A DNA stretch of 64,000 nt, taken from NCBI GenBank assembly GCA_037481775.1, contig JBBFKZ010000001.1, forward strand, positions 32,001-96,000, read 5' to 3'. Of this stretch, positions 1 through 9,166 are shown piece by piece. Below the pieces are notes generated by a model. It did no database searches and was not told the origin of the DNA. It was given only the letters and a program-made list of their open reading frames with translations. Source of the DNA: Candidatus Bathyarchaeia archaeon (GTDB taxonomy: Archaea > Thermoproteota > Bathyarchaeia > Bathyarchaeales > Bathycorpusculaceae). Both the position numbers and the translations under genes were made by a program. The stretch's first letter is position 1, and each line of letters begins with the position of its first letter.

Positions 1-1140
1 GAAGGCAAATGCCGCCACTACAGCAACCGACAATAACTGAGCAAACATCTGACCTGCGTTTCCGTAGAGTAAACCGTTTACGCCATTAACAGTCTCTGTA
101 GCGAATAAACCAGTTGCAATTGAACCCCAAATTCCGCCTACACCATGGCATGCAAAGACATCCAGGCTATCATCTATTCTTGATCTGCCAGCTCGCCAGC
201 TCGCAACCAAGTTCGAGATTACTCCTGCGATGAAACCTATTACCAATGCTGAACTCACATTAACGTAACCTGCGGCGGGTGTTATGGCGACAAGCCCAAC
301 GACTGCCCCGATAGCTATGCCAACTGCTGAAGGTTTACCTTTTGTCACCCAGTCTACTATCATCCAGCTTATAGCAGCGGCCGCTGCTGCTAGGTTTGTG
401 GTGACAAGCGCTGAGACGGCTAATTCGTTTGCTGCGAGAGCACTTCCACCGTTGAACCCGAACCATCCGAACCAAAGTAAACCTGCGCCCAGTATTACAT
501 AGGGAATGTTGGTCGGTTTGAAGGGACTAGCATTGGCTTCCTTCAAAGCGCTCATATGATCTTTCCATGGAATGGCGCAGCCTTTACGTCTGCCGATTAC
601 AAGAGCAGCTGCGAGAGCAGATAAGCCCGCTGAGATATGGACGACAATGCCGCCCGCGAAGTCTATTGCACCTACACCGCGTAGCCAGCCATCGGTGTTC
701 CATACCCAATGGGCTATTGGACAGTAAATGAGGGTTGACCAGAACAAGATGAAAATTAGGAGTGAGCGGAATCTAATTCTTTCTGCGCATGCACCTATTA
801 TTAATGCTGGTGTGATGGCTGCAAATTTTAATTGAAAAGCGAAGAATAGCAGTTCGGGAATGTCTGGAGCTATTGGATTGATTGTGTGTATACCTATGTT
901 GCCTAATCCAAATAATGATAAGTCGCCGATTAGACCATTTATGCTATAGCCGAAGGTAAGGCTATATCCCCATAATGTCCATGCCACGCTTACTATTGCG
1001 AATATTATTAGGCATTGAACTAAAGTGGAAACAAGGTTTTTCTTTCGGACAAGGCCTGCATAAAAGAAGCCTAGTGCTGGAGTCATAAGCATGACTAGAG
1101 CAGTTGCGGTTGAAACCCAAGATATGTCTGCAGCAGTCAT
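1..1140 (-). CDS. amt: Ammonium transporter Amt (3' end runs off the window)
   Basis: Not in the ORF track. Manual translation from ATG at 1140 gives MTAADISWVSTATALVMLMTPALGFFYAG..., with DFAGGIVVHISAG, LWFGWFGFNGGS and DVFACHGVGG motifs (both pore His present). GAGG RBS upstream. Confidence 0.96.
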   Translation of the reverse strand, partial: MTAADISWVSTATALVMLMTPALGFFYAGLVRKKNLVSTLVQCLIIFAIVSVAWTLWGYSLTFGYSINGLIGDLSLFGLGNIGIHTINPIAPDIPELLFFAFQLKFAAITPALIIGACAERIRFRSLLIFILFWSTLIYCPIAHWVWNTDGWLRGVGAIDFAGGIVVHISAGLSALAAALVIGRRKGCAIPWKDHMSALKEANASPFKPTNIPYVILGAGLLWFGWFGFNGGSALAANELAVSALVTTNLAAAAAAISWMIVDWVTKGKPSAVGIAIGAVVGLVAITPAAGYVNVSSALVIGFIAGVISNLVASWRAGRSRIDDSLDVFACHGVGGIWGSIATGLFATETVNGVNGLLYGNAGQMFAQLLSVAVVAAFAF

Positions 1141-1175
1141 TCTATCAATCCTCGTTTGTATTTTTGACTGCTGAA

Positions 1176-1198
1176 ATACAATTGCACATCATATAAAC
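1176..1198 (-). promoter_or_regulatory. amt TATA box (TTTATAT on minus strand) with adjacent pseudo-palindrome ATACA-AT-TGCAC
   Basis: ATATAAAC at 1191-1198. The motif at 1176-1187 lies between the TATA box and the start codon. Confidence 0.4.
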
Positions 1199-1282
1199 GT
1201 ATTTGTGATTTGTTCATACTTTTTATGAAAAAATAATAAAATATATAGAAACTTGAAGTAAATTTATTTATGTGTTCAGTAA

Positions 1283-1831
1283 TTATGGTTTAATGTTGAC
1301 ATTTAGCTTCGCCAAGTTTTCCCTAATCTCTGCACGTACACCTATTGCAGCTAAGAACTCTTCGATGAGAATCTTGATGAACTTTTTCGGTTGCTCTGAC
1401 CCCATAACTAAAGTGAAATCGTTTTCTGAGTTTTTTATCATTCTGAAAAAGTTGCATGATTCTAGCCGTGCCAAGACGTCTTCTCCAGTGCGCACTTTAC
1501 TTTTTAACTGCTCTTTATGAGATTGCGCAACTGCTCTATGGGCAATCCAAAACTTTTCTGGATCAGGTAACGATTCAATTAAATTCAAGAATAGGAGCCA
1601 GTGATCCACATCCAAAATAACATGTTCACCGCTCAATAGTAAGTCCATGTAAGCGTAAACTTTCTTTTTTACAGCCTGATCCAACAACGCCTTGTTTTCA
1701 CTATAAAATCGCAGAGCACAACGCATTACTTCACTTTGTGAAACCGCAGTTTCTTTGCTGATTTTTTCAAGTAAAGCCGCTGTGGCAGGATCAAAGGCAA
1801 CTGTTATTCTTGTCGGGTTCATGCTTTCCAC
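1283..1831 (-). CDS. Ribbon-helix-helix (CopG family) transcriptional regulator with C-terminal putative ligand-binding domain
   Basis: N-terminal RITVAFD strand followed by two helices (SQSEVMRCALRFY). Lies directly upstream of amt. Confidence 0.8.
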   Translation of the reverse strand: MESMNPTRITVAFDPATAALLEKISKETAVSQSEVMRCALRFYSENKALLDQAVKKKVYAYMDLLLSGEHVILDVDHWLLFLNLIESLPDPEKFWIAHRAVAQSHKEQLKSKVRTGEDVLARLESCNFFRMIKNSENDFTLVMGSEQPKKFIKILIEEFLAAIGVRAEIRENLAKLNVNIKP

Positions 1832-1838
1832 CTTTTGA

Positions 1839-2294
1839 TTACAGTTTAAATCGGATGTCCTCTTTAACTATATTGAGGGCAACGCTTGTGACTGTTCTTT
1901 TGATATGAGGGTGGGCTAACAGATTTTTTACATAAGCATTTAAACCAGCGCGATCCTTGAATTTAGCGATAATGGCAATGTCGTAATCGCCTGTGATATT
2001 GTAAACAGCTGCAGCATTAGTTGTCTTGGCAATTTCTTGCTCAACAGATGAAAGCGCACTTCCTTCAACCTGAATTAATATTAAAGCGGTTAAGGTGTAA
2101 CCGAGCCGGGCAGTGTCAATTATGGCTGTGTAGCCTTTCAATATGCCTTTTTTCTCTAAATTTTTAAATGCTGTTCCAACAGAAATCCCGAGTCTGTGCG
2201 CTACTTTATTGAAACTTAATCTGCAATCTTCTTGGAGCAAACTGAGGATTTGTAAATCAATGGGAGGCACACTTTCAACTAAATTAGTTTGCAT
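1839..2294 (-). CDS. Lrp/AsnC family transcriptional regulator
   Basis: IDLQILSLLQEDCR...LGIS HTH, GILKGYTAIID linker and YNITGDYD RAM domain. Confidence 0.92.
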   Translation of the reverse strand: MQTNLVESVPPIDLQILSLLQEDCRLSFNKVAHRLGISVGTAFKNLEKKGILKGYTAIIDTARLGYTLTALILIQVEGSALSSVEQEIAKTTNAAAVYNITGDYDIAIIAKFKDRAGLNAYVKNLLAHPHIKRTVTSVALNIVKEDIRFKL

Positions 2295-2765
2295 TTGGTT
2301 ATTCCCTACTGCTAGTCTTATAGATCTCTTTAAACGTTTGTTTACTTAAAAAGAAATTATATAAGCATTTCCAGTAAAAAACAGGACATTTGCACACAAA
2401 TTTGCACATAATGCAGCGCTTAGCGTTACAAATGTTCTAAGAGAAAACAAGAAAAGCAAAAACTGCAAAACAGACAAGCCAGAAAGCCCCGTCCAAAAGA
2501 GCCAAATGGCACTTATCCAACAACACAAGCACTTTTCCTAAAACACAAGGAGCTGCCAGCATCCAAACATGGAATCCATGGATTTCGAACAATCCGTTAA
2601 TGTTGTGCTCACTAAAATCCGATTTTCAATTTTAATCGTAAATATGAGCCACAAACGCTAAGCAAGACAAGTTTTTACTTTTCCATAGAAAAAGGGAACC
2701 GAATTAGAACTGAATCAGAAAAAACTTTTTAAACAAACGCGTTGTTTAAGCTTTTGTGGCCATGC

Positions 2766-3431
2766 ATGATTGATTGGAATCGGCTTATCACAGATTTTTT
2801 GAACCCGCCAAATACATATCAGCAGTTGACTGTTGACCGTGTTTTGGTGGCCTTACTTATATCCTTCATCATTAACATGTTTATTTTTTATATTTACCGA
2901 AGAACATTCAAAGGCGTAATCTACACTCGAGAATTTAACGTAGGACTGGTTCTCACAGGGCTCGTCGTAACATTAGTGGTATTACCCATCAGCTCGAACA
3001 TCGCCCTATCCTTAGGAATGGTTGGCGCACTAAGCATCATTCGCTTCCGCACCGCCATCAAAGACCCAAAAGACATCGTCTTCACATTCTGGTCCATAGC
3101 CGTTGGAATTATCTGTGGCGCAGGCCTATACATGATCGCCATAGTAGGTGTCCCCGTAATCGGCTTGCTACTACTGGTACTGGAACGAACCAGCTTCCGC
3201 GGCCCTGATCCATATTTGCTGGTAATCCATTACGACAGCGAAGCCGAAGAAGCCGTCCAAGCAGCGCTTCCAAGGTATAAGCTTCGATCCCGCACCGTCA
3301 GCTCCAACGGAGTAGAGCTCATGGGAGAAGTTAGAATGAACCTAAAAGAAGCAAACAAAGTGGATGAACTCTTGAAGATAAAAGGCGTTAAGGATGTTTC
3401 ATTAGTCAGTTACAGATCTGACTCAACCTGA
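2766..3431 (+). CDS. DUF4956 family membrane protein (VTC-associated)
   Basis: ISSNIALSLGMVGALSIIRFRTAIKDPKD signature, several TM helices and a C-terminal soluble domain. ATG at 2766 is preferred over TTG at 2742. Confidence 0.9.
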   Translation: MIDWNRLITDFLNPPNTYQQLTVDRVLVALLISFIINMFIFYIYRRTFKGVIYTREFNVGLVLTGLVVTLVVLPISSNIALSLGMVGALSIIRFRTAIKDPKDIVFTFWSIAVGIICGAGLYMIAIVGVPVIGLLLLVLERTSFRGPDPYLLVIHYDSEAEEAVQAALPRYKLRSRTVSSNGVELMGEVRMNLKEANKVDELLKIKGVKDVSLVSYRSDST

Positions 3432-3486
3432 TAAAAACACTACACGGAAAGCAAGAATAAAAAGAGACGTTGAGGTAGAGTATGCA

Positions 3487-4104
3487 TTGAAAAGGTCTGC
3501 GTGCGCCATTCTGATTTTCACACTTTCACTGCTGCCAATATTCGCCGCCGTGTCAGGGCAGCAAGAAAGCAGGGGGCTGGTAATCAACGAGTTCATGGCC
3601 GACAATGATGGGGCAGTTCCAGGGCCATACATGACTTTCCCAGACTGGATTGAACTTTACAACGGCGGAGACACATCAATTGACCTCAGCGGGATGATTC
3701 TTACCGAGGATTTAGCCAACCCACCATGGAGATTCCCAAACGGCACCATATTGGGTCCCGGGGAGTTTCTTATAGTCTGGGGTAACAGAGGCTCTGGGCC
3801 AGATATGCTACACACAAATTTTTCGCCTAACGCTAATGGAGGCACCATAACACTGTTGGCTGCGGACGGTGTCACAGTAATTGATCAAGTAACGTTCAAA
3901 AAACAAATTAGAGATGTATCTTACGGGCGTATTCCAGACGGAGGCTCTACCTGGGAGCACCTAATAAATCCAACGCCTGGCAAACCGAATATAGCAAATC
4001 CGCAAACAGGCATTTCAACTAACTGGGCAGTCTGGGCTTTTATAGCGGGAGTTCTTGGAGTCTGCGCCTTCATTGTTATAATAGGGAAAAAGCGGAGAAG
4101 ATAA
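3487..4104 (+). CDS. Lamin-tail-domain (LTD) surface protein with signal peptide and C-terminal membrane anchor
   Basis: LVINEFMADN, DWIELYN, IDLSG, DVSYGRIPDG and PTPG motifs. C-terminal TM helix followed by KKRRR. Confidence 0.85.
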   Translation: MKRSACAILIFTLSLLPIFAAVSGQQESRGLVINEFMADNDGAVPGPYMTFPDWIELYNGGDTSIDLSGMILTEDLANPPWRFPNGTILGPGEFLIVWGNRGSGPDMLHTNFSPNANGGTITLLAADGVTVIDQVTFKKQIRDVSYGRIPDGGSTWEHLINPTPGKPNIANPQTGISTNWAVWAFIAGVLGVCAFIVIIGKKRRR

Positions 4105-4108
4105 AACA

Positions 4109-4852
4109 ATGAACAGCGGAGCCACATGTTTAAGGCATGAGTTCAAGTATAAAATTGATCAACTACAATTTGATGTCTTAAGGAAAAATCTTGCGCAAGT
4201 TCTCAAACCTGATCCACATATGGGCGCTGCCGGGAGATATAATGTTAGAAGCCTGTATTTTGATGATTTCAGAAACTCGGCTTTTTGGGAAAAACAGGCA
4301 GGCGTGTACAGCCGAGATAAATATCGAATACGCATTTACAATCACAGCGATTCATTCATCAAATTTGAGCGAAAAACCAAAATACATAACTACGTCCTGA
4401 AGGAAAGCGTGCGCATCACACGGGAAGAAGCAGACCGCATAATAGCTGGTGACGTATGCTTCTTAGCTAATGCGCGGCATAAACTGCTCAGAGACTTCTA
4501 TCGGAAAGCTCGATGCGACCTCATGAAACCAATTGCTGTCGTCGAGTACAACCGCGCAGCGTATTATCATCCAGTAGGCAATGTCCGCATAACCTTTGAC
4601 ACTGAATTGCGTATGGGTTTAGGAAACATTTCCTTTTTCGATCCCAATATTTGCACAGTAAGTATCCTTAACGAGCAGGATGTTATTTTGGAAGTAAAAT
4701 ACAATGAAGTGCTTCCGATCTTCATAAGCGGCTTATTCCTAGACACCATTCGGCCAAGATCGGCCATAGGCAAATTTGTGATGTGCAGAGAACAGCACAT
4801 GACAGTAACGGGCAATCCGGCTTGCTACTTGAAATGTAGAGGTAGCGAATAA
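4109..4852 (+). CDS. VTC (polyphosphate polymerase, CYTH/TTM fold) domain protein
   Basis: RHEFKY, SLYFDD, KYRIRIY, FERK, YNR, VRITFD and ILEVKY motifs. Confidence 0.9.
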   Translation: MNSGATCLRHEFKYKIDQLQFDVLRKNLAQVLKPDPHMGAAGRYNVRSLYFDDFRNSAFWEKQAGVYSRDKYRIRIYNHSDSFIKFERKTKIHNYVLKESVRITREEADRIIAGDVCFLANARHKLLRDFYRKARCDLMKPIAVVEYNRAAYYHPVGNVRITFDTELRMGLGNISFFDPNICTVSILNEQDVILEVKYNEVLPIFISGLFLDTIRPRSAIGKFVMCREQHMTVTGNPACYLKCRGSE

Positions 4853-4914
4853 CATGATCCTGATAGTATTTGCCTCATCAAGCGTTCTTAAACCCTTCAG
4901 AAGGGAGCAAGCAC

Positions 4915-7900
4915 ATGGATAAAGGGCTTGTCGCAATGGCTGTTGCATGCATTGCGATATTGGCATTTTTTATAGGCTATCAGATCTCCATAAGCGGTTC
5001 TCCAAAAGAGGCAACGACAGACGGTGCTGCTGATTGGGATCCTTCCATTACAGTTGAGTTAACACTGAAGGGCGATTCGATAGAAGTCAGCAACTCAAAG
5101 CCAGTATCTGTCAACGGCAGCAAAGCGACAATACTGTTTGGAGGCACATACAAAATAACTGGCACATTAAATGACGGCAGGATAATTGTGTATACAAACG
5201 ACAAGGACCCTGTTAAGCTCATTCTAAACGGAGTCCACATTCGCTGCTCAACGGGCTCGCCGATCAGTATCATGAATGCAGAAGAAACTTTTATAATTTT
5301 AGCCGAGGGCACCGAGAATTTCGTTGAAGATTCAGCCGAGTACATTTTTGATGACCCCGCCAAGAATGAGCCGGATGCTGCCATCTTCTGCAAATCTAAC
5401 CTCACCATAATGGGCGAAGGCGTGCTTAATGTAAAGGGAAATTATAACGATGGCATAACCAGCAAAGACGGCTTAATCATCCAAAGCGGAACCATCAATG
5501 TGAAGTCAGTTGACGACGGCATCAGAGGCAGAGACTTAATTACAGTCAAAAGCGGCGTTTTAAATCTGGAAGTCGGCGGCGACGGTTTGAAATCAGATAA
5601 CCCTGAGAACACAACGCTGGGCAATATTTTTGTCGAGAACGGAACGATCAACATTGTTTCAGGAGGCGATGCATTCCAAGCTGAAAAGAAAGTTTTGATC
5701 AATGGCGGAAGTTTTAACTTGAAAGCCGGTGGAGAAAGCAGCAGCACTGCAGCAAGCAATGTTTCAGCTAAAGGCATCAAGGCACTCGACCGTGTAGCAA
5801 TTGAAGGCGGCGTATTTGAGATTTATTCAGCAGACGACGCACTACATTCGAATGGAACAGTAACAGTCAACGGCGGATCACTGAATCTTTCATCAGCTGA
5901 CGATGCCATTCACGCAGGCAACTTGGTGGAAATAACAGGCGGGAACATTAACATCGCAAGATCCTTTGAGGGCATAGAAAGTGCCACCGTCAAGATAAAT
6001 GGCGGAGCCATACGCATCATCTCATCTAATGATGGAATAAATGCTGTTTTGAATGGACAGAATCCTGACTCTGGAGACGTCATTATTCTAAACGGATTCA
6101 TAGAAATTAAAGCAGATGGCGATGGCATACAGGCTGATAGAAACGTCACAATAGCTGGCGGTGATTTTGTTTTCACCACGGGAGGAGGAGGCGGCAAAAC
6201 TGTGGCGGCTAACGCTTCTGCGAAAGGAGTAAAAGGTGTTGCCGGCATCTCGATTAAGGGCGGAAAATTCACGATTAGTTCAGCTGATGATACTATTCAT
6301 TCAAATGGCGCGATAACAGTGAACGCGGGAACCCTTGCTCTTTCATCCAGCGACGACGCAATTCACGCTGAGGGGTCAATAGAGATTAACGGTGGCATCA
6401 TCAAAATTGCGCAAGCTTTTGAGGGTATAGAAGGCGAAATAATAACAGTTAATGGCGGCGAAATAAGCATAGTCTCAAGCGACGATGGCATAGATGCTAA
6501 AGGGAGCCTAACAATTACGCAGGGAACAATAGACATTCAGTCTGGCGGAGACGCAATGCAAGCGAGCACAGATGTTTTGATTTCTGGTGGAAACTTTAAC
6601 TTCACCTCAGCTGGAGGCAGCCTCAGCATCATAGGCAGAAATGATTCAGCCAAGGGCATAAAGGCGGATGTCAGCCTGACTATAAATGGAGGAACATTCA
6701 GGATTGATTCAGCTGATGATGCCATCCATTCAGATGGAAAAGTAACAATAACCGGCGGATCACTCACCCTTTTAACAGGAGATGATACTATCCATGGAGG
6801 AGGCTCGGTGGCAGTTACTGGTGGAGATATTAAAATTATAAATGCTCCAGGAGATCTCGGCAACGACCCGTGGGATAGCTCCACCATTGTCGACGTATGG
6901 CTTAAAGGCAATTCGATTGAAGCCAGTGCTTCTCGCCCGGCATACATCAGTGGCAACAAAGTGATGATCAGATCCGCGGGCACATACAGAATAGCTGGCA
7001 CTTTAAATGAGGGACAAATAATCGTGAATACAAAAGATTCAGGAGCAGTAAAGCTAATTTTAAATGGTGCACAAATTAGTTGCTCCAATAACGCGCCGAT
7101 CTGTGTTTTAGACGCGAGCGAAGTTATTCTTCATCTGGAAGCTGGAACGGAAAATGCCGTAACAGATGGTGCGGTATATGTTTTTGCGAGCCCAAACGCG
7201 GATGAACCGAACGCAGCAGTTTTCAGCCGCACGGCCATGAAGATTACGGGCAGCGGGTTGCTAAGAGTCACGGGCAGATATAATGATGGCATAGCAAGCA
7301 AAGGTGGACTGATAATAGAAAATGGCATGATTGCCGTTAATTCGGTTGACGATGGAATTCGAGGCAAAGATTACCTAATTATCAAGGGCGGTAAGCTCAC
7401 TGTAAATGCTGGCGGCGATGGGCTGAAAGCAGATAATACTCTGAACGCATCGTTGGGATATGTGAGGATTGAAAATGGATCGATCAACATTGTTGCTGGC
7501 GGCGAAGCAGTTCAAGCAGAAACCAATGTTTTGATCACCGGCGGAAACTTCGATTTAACATGTGGTGGGGGAAGCACTGTGACGGTGGCCGCAGGCGCTT
7601 CTGCCAAGGGCATCAAAGGAAAAGGGAGCATTGTCATCAGCGTCGGCTTCTTTGCCATTAATTCGGCTGATGACGCGGTTCACTCAGATGACGCCATAAC
7701 GGTGAACGGCGGATCTTTTGTGATTTCAACGGCAGATGACGGCATTCACGCTGAAACTTCAATTACCATTAACAATGGTGAGATCAACATAACTAATTCT
7801 TACGAAGGTATTGAAGCACCAGTCATAACAATTAATGGCGGAACCATACATGTCATCTCAAGAGATGACGGCATAAACCTAGGTATTGACTCCGGCGCTA

Positions 7901-8487
7901 TTTCTCCAGCAGGACAACCAGGCGCTAGATTCTCCATTTACTCAGGGGACTACTACTTGTACATTAACGGCGGCTACATTTATGTTAACGCCTTAGGGGA
8001 TGGCATTGACTCGAACGGTGCGGTCGTGATGAATGGCGGCTTTGTAATTGTGGACGGCCCATCCTCCGACATGAATTCTGCCCTGGATCATGTCGCTTTT
8101 AACATGACCAAAGGCTATTTGGTGGCGGTAGGAAGCGCGGGTATGGCTCTGCCGCTTGGAGACTTGTCCGCGCAATACTCAGTGATGCTGAATTTCCGAA
8201 CAGTAAACCAAGCAGGCACCTTGATTTGTGTTCGAGCAAGCAATGGCACAGAATTGTTCACCTTCAGACCTACAAGGCAGTACCAGTCAATCGTCTTTTC
8301 CACGCCTGAACTTTCACTGGGTTCTACGTATGACGTTTACATTGGCGGCAGCCACACAGGCACGCTCAAAGACGGCCTCTACTCTGGAGGAACATACATT
8401 CCTGGAACAAAATACACAAGCTTCACGATCACCGCTAAAGTAACGCAAATTGGCTCCTCAGGGTGGTTTTTCCCTTTTCCAAGATGA
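4915..8487 (+). CDS. Large membrane-anchored Cthe_2159/DUF4353-family beta-helix protein with a duplicated domain
   Basis: N-terminal TM. GTYxIxGTLNxGxIIV...VKLILNG...L..GTEN...DAAIF occurs twice, with many DDGI/DDAIH beta-helix rungs. Start at MDKG after a GGGAG RBS. Confidence 0.88.
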   Translation: MDKGLVAMAVACIAILAFFIGYQISISGSPKEATTDGAADWDPSITVELTLKGDSIEVSNSKPVSVNGSKATILFGGTYKITGTLNDGRIIVYTNDKDPVKLILNGVHIRCSTGSPISIMNAEETFIILAEGTENFVEDSAEYIFDDPAKNEPDAAIFCKSNLTIMGEGVLNVKGNYNDGITSKDGLIIQSGTINVKSVDDGIRGRDLITVKSGVLNLEVGGDGLKSDNPENTTLGNIFVENGTINIVSGGDAFQAEKKVLINGGSFNLKAGGESSSTAASNVSAKGIKALDRVAIEGGVFEIYSADDALHSNGTVTVNGGSLNLSSADDAIHAGNLVEITGGNINIARSFEGIESATVKINGGAIRIISSNDGINAVLNGQNPDSGDVIILNGFIEIKADGDGIQADRNVTIAGGDFVFTTGGGGGKTVAANASAKGVKGVAGISIKGGKFTISSADDTIHSNGAITVNAGTLALSSSDDAIHAEGSIEINGGIIKIAQAFEGIEGEIITVNGGEISIVSSDDGIDAKGSLTITQGTIDIQSGGDAMQASTDVLISGGNFNFTSAGGSLSIIGRNDSAKGIKADVSLTINGGTFRIDSADDAIHSDGKVTITGGSLTLLTGDDTIHGGGSVAVTGGDIKIINAPGDLGNDPWDSSTIVDVWLKGNSIEASASRPAYISGNKVMIRSAGTYRIAGTLNEGQIIVNTKDSGAVKLILNGAQISCSNNAPICVLDASEVILHLEAGTENAVTDGAVYVFASPNADEPNAAVFSRTAMKITGSGLLRVTGRYNDGIASKGGLIIENGMIAVNSVDDGIRGKDYLIIKGGKLTVNAGGDGLKADNTLNASLGYVRIENGSINIVAGGEAVQAETNVLITGGNFDLTCGGGSTVTVAAGASAKGIKGKGSIVISVGFFAINSADDAVHSDDAITVNGGSFVISTADDGIHAETSITINNGEINITNSYEGIEAPVITINGGTIHVISRDDGINLGIDSGAISPAGQPGARFSIYSGDYYLYINGGYIYVNALGDGIDSNGAVVMNGGFVIVDGPSSDMNSALDHVAFNMTKGYLVAVGSAGMALPLGDLSAQYSVMLNFRTVNQAGTLICVRASNGTELFTFRPTRQYQSIVFSTPELSLGSTYDVYIGGSHTGTLKDGLYSGGTYIPGTKYTSFTITAKVTQIGSSGWFFPFPR

Positions 8488-8685
8488 ACGCATTTGATAG
8501 AAGGCGCCGTTTCAGCTTATTTGAAACCTTGACGAAAGCCAATCTGCTTTTGAAATCGATATAAAAGGAAATTTGTTTCTAACAGGGAATTACGTGTTAT
8601 CCAAAGCCAAAAGTTAGTACTTGAAATGCTGCGCCTTCAGGTTCGGAAGTAGTCATAAGCGATAAAACTTGCGGGAGTTTAAGCC

Positions 8686-8913
8686 ATGTCAGAGGGTACA
8701 GGGTTGAGAACCCCTTTGAAACGGCTTCTTTCCTGGCTGCGGCACAGCGAGGACTCTTACAGGTGCAAGCGATGCGGTTGCGTTTCCCCCAAGAAGGGCG
8801 CTCGAATCAGCGGTTGGTGCGATCATCCTTATGGCTTCCACGTACACTGTCCCCGCTGCGGCGCCGTTATTGACCAATGCGTCAAGAAGCAGGCCGGAGG
8901 AGAGATCGGTTAA
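8686..8913 (+). CDS. Small zinc-ribbon protein
   Basis: CKRC...CPRC pairs and a GGGAG RBS at 8673-8677. Confidence 0.6.
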   Translation: MSEGTGLRTPLKRLLSWLRHSEDSYRCKRCGCVSPKKGARISGWCDHPYGFHVHCPRCGAVIDQCVKKQAGGEIG

Positions 8914-9086
8914 AACTTGTTTTCTCTGAGTTGGTGGACGTGTTCTGAGATCATTGTTGAGGGCTTTGGCGTATTCCATGAAGGCAGTGTGCATGACCTC
9001 GCTTTCACTGGTACCGAGCCTACGGGCTAGCCGCTTTAGGATCTGTCGCTGCTCCTTGCTGAGTATTACTTCAACAACTTCAGCAT
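8910..9086 (-). pseudogene. Frameshifted ribbon-helix-helix (CopG-like) gene
   Basis: An off-frame segment encodes VVEVILSKEQRQILKRLARRLGTSESEVMHTAFMEYAKALN. ATG at 9086 and TAA at 8910-8912 share another frame, which implies two compensating indels. Confidence 0.6.
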
Positions 9087-9166
9087 AGAATAGCCGAGAT
9101 GGTGAATGCCATCTTGGATGAAATCACAGCGGTAAGAAATGGCACTCGCGCCCAAGGCTTTGGCAG

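Noticed and set aside
2295-2765. Possible att copy of the tRNA-Pro 3' end, or an integrase bounding the island
   Set aside because: No duplicate of the tRNA 3' sequence and no recombinase or transposase was found by eye.
4980-8303. Series of long antisense ORFs opposite the beta-helix gene
   Set aside because: Shadow frames caused by the codon bias of a repetitive G/I/D/N-rich protein. They show no motifs or RBS.
8689-8994. 101-aa minus-strand ORF in the track
   Set aside because: Only its first ~12 residues belong to the frameshifted RHH. The rest is run-on antisense to the zinc-ribbon gene.
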